From NCBI GenBank assembly GCA_973895155.1, contig OZ316894.1:15306699-15370698 (forward strand): a DNA stretch of 64,000 nt. The letters are read 5' to 3'. The position numbers and the translations under genes were made by a program. The DNA is from Marsupella aquatica (Eukaryota; Plantae; Marchantiophyta). Of this stretch, positions 59,801 through 64,000 are shown in pieces. The stretch's first letter is position 1. Each line of letters starts with the position of its first letter. Under the pieces are notes generated by a model. It ran no database searches, was not told the DNA's origin, and saw nothing but the letters and a program-made list of their open reading frames with translations.

Positions 59801-60263
59801 TTGGTCTCCCCTTGAAGGGTACGTACTGAACACGGGTACGTTGTGCAGCTGCCATCGGTGCAGCCGGTGCCTGTATCAACACAGGTGGTAATGGCGCTTG
59901 TTGGGCCACCGGTAACAGCACCGATGATAGGTGTGAGATGATTTGTGGCAATGCAGTGAGCTCTGGGATCAGATTTTGTAACTCAGACTGCACCAACACA
60001 AAGGGCTCTCCTTCTTCTCGCTCGTGATCTATGTCTGGCTCTTCGTCTGGGCATATGGCCTCATTACGTTGAGCCTCTTCCTGTTGCACACCAACTTGTT
60101 CTTCCAGCACCAGTGGCAACCTCCTCTCTTCTGCAAGCCGTAAGCGTTCTTCGGCAGCAACTCGTCGTCTGGTCCCAATCCAAGAGGGCCCCCCTTCTAG
60201 CTCTGATCTTGGGGTACGTGTGTGTTGGGGACTTCCTCTACCTCCCCTTCTCCCTCTCGGCAT
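53865..60263 (-). CDS. gag-pol: Gypsy gag-pol polyprotein, 2132 aa, uninterrupted
   Basis: Three CCHC knuckles, protease VDGGSG, RT FIDDF, RNase H YVDVSG/TDHNSL, integrase GGHF..CDPC, GVDFIGP, SDRGTHF, WMGPY. No chromodomain. Confidence 0.98.
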   Translation of the reverse strand: MPRGRRGGRGSPQHTRTPRSELEGGPSWIGTRRRVAAEERLRLAEERRLPLVLEEQVGVQQEEAQRNEAICPDEEPDIDHEREEGEPFVLVQSELQNLIPELTALPQIISHLSSVLLPVAQQAPLPPVLIQAPAAPMAAAQRTRVQYVPFKGRPKDDPDEWIEEFEGIAEANGESAHKLTIIPGMMRGEAGPWFISLLANVKADWALFKQAFLKEFRSIGVEATSLLKVGQLRMKKKESLRRFLQRFQKLVRRIQARTDDAMRQAWFVAALPSKMGFFVRQAKPTTLAEAIAAAESYTAADATSKRCRRKKLKPVDSSSSEESSGSDSDSSDESEDSESTTESDTTESEAERRRRKKKKLSKKVKKSSHREVILPTVAVTPLSTARRLKEQEARYDELTEQMKALKVHFAGLKPERRKVPVERANVWCTKCMKFGHAPKECPAGEPAKVFQVREEDVEGASYSNPSYAAEGPIEYFMEEPPEANVYSVQPLNPGPRSIHGVSTNAGAPAYSNYPNANPGNRPPYPGVRKIPICYNCRVAGHYANVCPEPTRQGNGDFARLCQLCKGEGHLAPHCPTLEAFKAQPIGAQEKKGPPPPLKEASVNFLTTEAVDTPLITRREETVVNIPKQRMTTITEEVVPLVVVVSPVVEIPVVVVATSTEVEVANPSPPSHEWTHAENLPEEDSDEERRHYSCYRVSTRSGKKKGKSELKQKYKEVHQASTSGTSHEPEVPPMEDSDFDRDNPKLFYPKVGEEVRKQLEELEAQAMQAAIDKDMEEAKARKKAEERVVRWKPGEEVIPPIPPATAYNIAQDILDCPVSATIGQLLRDSSLYRRQVKEILMRRRRRRRLPKVGADPIQVNWVTEDLGAPELTVDINGCAIRFVPVDGGSGVNIMTEETANRLGYTELEPPARAMRLADGAWVVPLGCLTKIPTMIGGKSFPLNYLVMRPVRPYGFPILIGRPWLYVAKVTSDWGKRQFRFGIPTITIPWSAESPHGETTTMEEEYDSEVTSDEDEDEVYMVKLISHLTEEDVFGPGVATQEHAVEESVSQVHAVLEEMEDERSKIVEAEPLEIHDREAEDHPEEVEMQAHTIMFDDEQREQFLNDILDDDFREELLSHYKESDVEEIMAHVTKDPPPSRPDQEESDAPVYGGMRLARLEETFDEETRNKLDVIRPEQYTKVEVGEGKTLNIGSKLDATEQRTIQELLKEYQDIFAWSHQDLKGVPPEFGEHSIDLMSGARPVRQRQYRLNPKYSLMVKEEIDRLLDAGFIYPVMHSEWVSPIVIVPKKKGPDGKVKIRVCQDFRKLNDATKKDHYPLPFTDIVLDMVAGWEIYSFLDGYSGYNQIWIREEDQLKTAFTTEWGIFAFRRMPFGLCNAPGMFQRLMMNIFHDFLRRFLEIFIDDFAVYGKRVKHPEHLRLTFQRCRETCLKLHPEKCFFGIEEGILLGHKVSARGIEVDREKVAVWVAVSFPKNVKEVRGFLGCVGYYRRFIKDFAKVAMPLTSMLKKGSEFEPTPSRQAAFDELKKRLLEAPVLITPNWNKEFHVYVDVSGFCIGAVLSQLDDDGRDHPIYFASRQLAPAEKNYSPTDREALGIIYACKKYRHYLLGYKVVFHTDHNSLKYMVNKLDLSGRIARWVLLLQEFNYEVRVRSGKSHSNADFFSRIEGASDSQEIDDRFPDEEVFSVNTEATTWYGEILEFLRTARVPSRLGPERAAVFLRKTGPYLLVKGVLHKYGMDGRLRRCLEEAEIRTVMAALHEEEAGGHFARETTARKILDAGYWWPTLFRDVHRYIQRCDPCQRQGKPGPSSRHPLVPILPLAPFEKWGVDFIGPFTPITRRGRKRYIILATDYATKWVEARATAKDDANTTARFLYEQIFTRFGPPLELVSDRGTHFLNHTIERLTENYLISHRKTTPYHPRANGLTERANGIMGKILNKMVSAHKTDWDLKLLAATYAYNLAHKTTTGHSPYFLVFGQHSLVPVEFEVPTIRILTREREGAEESVASRIQQLEQLTETREEALTHTEQEQGKRKSHYDSRLRRVSIEEGDLVLLYDSRFMHFPGKLHTRWMGPYVVDAVYSNGSVQLKTLEGQLLNTRINQERLKKYYTEEEYGARGGASQLREELCDGYPVTGSHT

Positions 60264-60480
60264 CCCATTGAGACCTGCATTCCAAACTTACACCAATGTC
60301 TCAGAAAGCAATATTTGTAAACATCAACCGTCGCACGATGCGTTGTGGTTGACGTACAATAACAAAGTAACCAACAAACTTCTCACGTATCAACCGTCGC
60401 AAGTTGCGTTGTGGTTGATAGGTTTGAACTCCCAATAGACGTAGCTCCCCTCCTTCGTGTCGTCAAACAAGAAGAAGGAT

Positions 60481-60498
60481 TCCCCGGCAGCGGCGCCA
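60481..60498 (-). other. Primer binding site complementary to the tRNA-Asp 3' end
   Basis: tggcgccgctgccgggga, the Athila-type PBS sequence. Confidence 0.8.
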
Positions 60499-60518
60499 AA
60501 AACAAAAGACCACACTTA

Positions 60519-63500
60519 TGTCACTTGCCTCTCCAACGGTTAATACGTGCAAACCGCACTTTTCCTCGCTTAAACCGTTGGTATCGTATTACGGGGTCGT
60601 GGAGGGACGCTATTTGGATTCTTTTCACACCAGGATGAGTATTTTGGTTTCCGCTCCCGGAAATGTAGGTTTTGATCAAGTCTACCGACTACCCTCACCC
60701 CACAGCTTTTGATCAAGTCCTGCCGACTACCCCACTACACCTTCACTCGGAGTCACCCAAAGAGTGTTGTCACCACCCCTACTCACAAGGCCGACTCAAA
60801 CCAAGCAAGTTTCTTCAAATCATAGAACGGGAGAACACAATTCGGAAAGCGAAAAAGGGAGAAGGAACACACAACAAAAGCCCATCAAGTCAAATGTACA
60901 GATCCATATCTCTTGGGAAAAACGATACACATTGCATGAGTAACCCGGCCTCCTGCCGTCTACTCAACTCCTGCCTCTCCGGACAATGAGTATGGCTCCC
61001 CCTCACTACTCTGAACACGCTTTCAAACTCCTCAGGCTCCACTCTATCCCTCCTTGCTAACTTCACACTGAGTCCCCCTAACTACTTCGGGGCTATCCCC
61101 CTAAATACTGAAAAATCACACCAAAGCACCCCTCACAGGGTCACAACGGTGGCGGCTACCCTAGCGGCGCCGCTAAAACCTTGCACTAAGAGAAATCCTT
61201 AAACTGAAGAGGAGCATGCGGCACACACATGCTGCTAAAACCCTAAACCCAAAACAAGGGGGCCGACGGTGCCTTCGACGGCGCCCCAACAGTACACGTG
61301 AACCCTGAAAGTGAGAGGCACCCCAAAATGGCCGAAACTAGGTGCCCTTCCAAGTGCACACCTGAGCTCACCCCTGGATAGCTCTTCTTTTCCTGCTTCC
61401 GAATCACTAAGTCGCTCCCTCAACGGACTTCAGACGCCTGAGTTATGGCCGTTTCCGTACCGCAAAAACATAAGTTCTCCAGGCCATAACTTGCTCATCC
61501 TGGCTCCGTTTGAGGAGCGCCGCCTCTTGTTGGAATCAGCTCCGCGAGCTCATCCCAACAAGCCCATGAGTGACCCCCCACTAAAATGTTGGAAATCTGG
61601 AGGCCGTACACCCACGTCCGTACGCCTATCTAATCCTCCTCTTCTTCTTCGCTCTCGGTGCCCGGACTTGTGCCCCGTGAGTGGTCCTCCTCCTCATCAC
61701 TCACGGGAGTGAGTGCCACCGTACTTTTCTTCTTCTTCGACGGAGTACTCTTAGTGCTGCTGCTCCCGCGCTTCCTCAAAGCAGCCAAGGCCTGCCACGC
61801 CTTGATGTACCCCTCACCAATTGTGTCCTTCCAGAGGGTAGCCTCTTCTCCGGACCGCAACTCCAACGGTAGAACTTGCCCCGTGGCCATGGGAGTCCCG
61901 GGGGTGACAGACCTGGGTGGCATCCCCGTACTGACCTGAGCCTCCCGTAACGATTTCCGTACCTCCCGGAGCTTCTTCTCCAAGCTCTTACTCTTCTCCT
62001 GACTCTTCTTGGCTCCATCCAACAAGGGTCCATACTTCCCACTAACCTCCTTCACCACCATCTCGATAGCTTGGGAGATCACATCCGGGGAAAGTGTGGA
62101 GCCAGGTGTGCCGGGACTCTTCCATTTCCCTAGACTCAGGGCCTCACTTCTCTTCGCTCGTGTCTCAAAGGCTGCCACCTGACTCCGTAGTGCTCCCACC
62201 TGGTTCCTCCACTCCATCACTTCTCCAGAATTTTGCTTCTCTTTGGCCAATGCTTGCCTCAACGCTCCTACTTCTTCTGCTTCCTTGGCCTTGGTGGACA
62301 AAGCTCCCTTCAAGTTGGTGATCTCTACGTGAGCTGCATTGATGTGCCTGACCTTCTCATGAATGGTCTGCTCCTTGGTCTTGATCACCTCCTTCAGTGA
62401 CAGGATGCTCTGCTCTAACGTCTCTACTTTGACTGTGGCGTGCTTGAGAGACTCCCTCAATGCGTGGACTAGCTTGAGTCCCTCGTGGACTCCCTCTCTG
62501 AAATCCCGTAGCTCTGCCAAGTAAACATCCGGAATGTTGTATTCCAGAGGCTGTTTCGGATCTCCCACGAGTGATTCAAGCCACTCCAATGTGCAATCAT
62601 CCTCCTGGTTCTCTTCTTCTCTATTATCCTCCCCACCAGCAGACAATGATTCCTCCGTGAGCTTCCCTAAAACGGTAGTGGCAATACTCCGGATCTCCGT
62701 GGTGAGAGATGATCCCGTGTCTTCATGCCCCGGAGAACCAATCAACCCTTCTGCCCTGGCCAATACAAATGACCCCATCAAATGTACAGCCCCACCTGGT
62801 TTCACACTCCCGGGCTCAGCGGCCAATAGCTTCTTCAATCCGTAGCACCACCATCCGTACACATGGGCTGGGTAGTTCTTGATGTCCATAGCTACCACGA
62901 AATGCTCCTCATTCAGCACTCCGGATTGCACGTTGCCAAGAACCCGTTGATGCACCTTGGCCAGGAAGCCCTTATACTCAACATCCTTGACAGCAGAAAG
63001 AGGGATGGCGGTGGTGGAGGTAGGATTGGTCACCCAAGTGGCCACCATTTTCAACGTGAGTTCTCCCCTGATATTCCGAGGTGTGAATGAGAATTTCTGA
63101 TTCTCAAGAAACAATAGCTTAGCCAACTCCACATGGGGCACTACACGTTTGAGACATTCAAAGTAGATTCCCTCCGTTCGGAACTCCATCCCGGCCTCAA
63201 TGTCCCAGCTCTTCCCTGAAGGGATGGTAATCTCCACCTTCATGAATTCTGTAAGCCCGGTGGCTTGGAAAATGTTCCGACAATCCTCCATCACCTTGGT
63301 GGAGGTCTTGGGATAAATTCGACGAAAAATCTTCCTACCCACCGGTGAGGAACCCGCTGCCAATCCCGTGCTCATCATAACTTCTCTCTCTTCCCTTTCC
63401 CGTGTAATCCGAGTCTCCACGTAGTCACGGTAAGCAGCCTTGTATCTCCGAATGCGTGACGCACTAAACTCTGGTTGATCTAGCATCCATGCATCCCGAA

Positions 63501-64000
63501 ATCAATTTCTCAATCACCAATCCCGTCACCCGTGGCAATGTCAATTCCCTGGCCCGAAACAGCCCCCGTAGCCCGATCACTTAAATTCTCTCAATTTCCC
63601 GTCACTACTCCGTGCGGCCGCCACTAATGCCTGGAAGAATGACGCCAGCAAGCCCCACTAATCCACCATGAAAGAGAGAGCTTCAAAAATAATTAGAATC
63701 TGGAGAGAGCTTCCGGCAAGAGAGAGAAGAACCCCGTTTTTGCTTTCGGCAATGAGAGGGTCGTGCAAAAGGAAGAGGGAAAGAAAAAGGAAGGAAAAAA
63801 AAATAGAACCGAAAAAACTCCTGGCGCCTTCGCCATGCGCCCCGGCCCATTTCTCGGGCCTTACCCTTGCGTCCTCCTGCGCGCGGCCCTATGCAGGGCG
63901 CGCGGCCATTCCTCCCGGCTCGCGGGAGGCCCTTCAACTCCCCCCCGCTCGCGTGATCCTCCCAGCTCGCGGGAGGCCCTTTAACTCCCCCCCGCTCGCG
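60519..64000 (-). repeat. Terminal repeat copy 2 (putative 5' LTR), truncated by the window edge
   Basis: Near-identical to 49780-53261; ends ..aagtgaCA on the minus strand, upstream of the PBS. Confidence 0.85.
61630..63486 (-). CDS. Second copy of the 618-aa accessory protein
   Basis: Identical to the first copy except KRK vs KWK. Confidence 0.8.
   Translation of the reverse strand: MLDQPEFSASRIRRYKAAYRDYVETRITREREEREVMMSTGLAAGSSPVGRKIFRRIYPKTSTKVMEDCRNIFQATGLTEFMKVEITIPSGKSWDIEAGMEFRTEGIYFECLKRVVPHVELAKLLFLENQKFSFTPRNIRGELTLKMVATWVTNPTSTTAIPLSAVKDVEYKGFLAKVHQRVLGNVQSGVLNEEHFVVAMDIKNYPAHVYGWWCYGLKKLLAAEPGSVKPGGAVHLMGSFVLARAEGLIGSPGHEDTGSSLTTEIRSIATTVLGKLTEESLSAGGEDNREEENQEDDCTLEWLESLVGDPKQPLEYNIPDVYLAELRDFREGVHEGLKLVHALRESLKHATVKVETLEQSILSLKEVIKTKEQTIHEKVRHINAAHVEITNLKGALSTKAKEAEEVGALRQALAKEKQNSGEVMEWRNQVGALRSQVAAFETRAKRSEALSLGKWKSPGTPGSTLSPDVISQAIEMVVKEVSGKYGPLLDGAKKSQEKSKSLEKKLREVRKSLREAQVSTGMPPRSVTPGTPMATGQVLPLELRSGEEATLWKDTIGEGYIKAWQALAALRKRGSSSTKSTPSKKKKSTVALTPVSDEEEDHSRGTSPGTESEEEEED

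Larger units (their letters stand above)
49780..64000 (-). mobile_element. Very young non-chromovirus Ty3/gypsy element (tRNA-Asp PBS), extends beyond the window
   Basis: Direct repeat starting tgtcacttgcc at 49780 and 60519 (offset 10739). PBS tggcgccgctgccgggga at 60481-60498. Intact gag-pol. Confidence 0.95.

Noticed and set aside
54178-59891. Many short plus-strand ORFs opposite the gag-pol genes
   Set aside because: Antisense shadows of long coding frames with no independent motifs.

Overview
Eukaryotic DNA, almost certainly a land plant and probably non-angiosperm (inference), made almost entirely of nested transposons; no ordinary host gene is recognisable. Left to right: (1) a decayed minus-strand Ty3/gypsy element whose polyprotein carries a C5 DNA methyltransferase between protease and RT and ends in a PHD finger (827-7926); (2) remnants of another retroelement, interrupted by a MITE and an internally deleted Ty1/copia with intact LTRs and TSD (13456-18041); (3) LINE fragments, tandem repeats and a second copia fragment; (4) a CACTA left end (25939) into which a complete 22-kb CACTA (27657-49613, TSD CAT) has inserted. 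That CACTA hosts a young intact Bianca-type copia (28061-33826) and, upstream of its transposase, a co-oriented cargo array: EDM2-type composite PHD, tandem BRCT, F-box, a Cys-rich ORF and a RING-like remnant; (5) a very young gypsy (from 49780) with an intact 2132-aa gag-pol and a near-identical terminal repeat of at least 3.5 kb that itself contains a 618-aa ORF. The strongest candidates for novel systems are the DNMT+PHD retrotransposon and the CACTA cargo module. Domain calls come from motif recognition by eye, not database searches.
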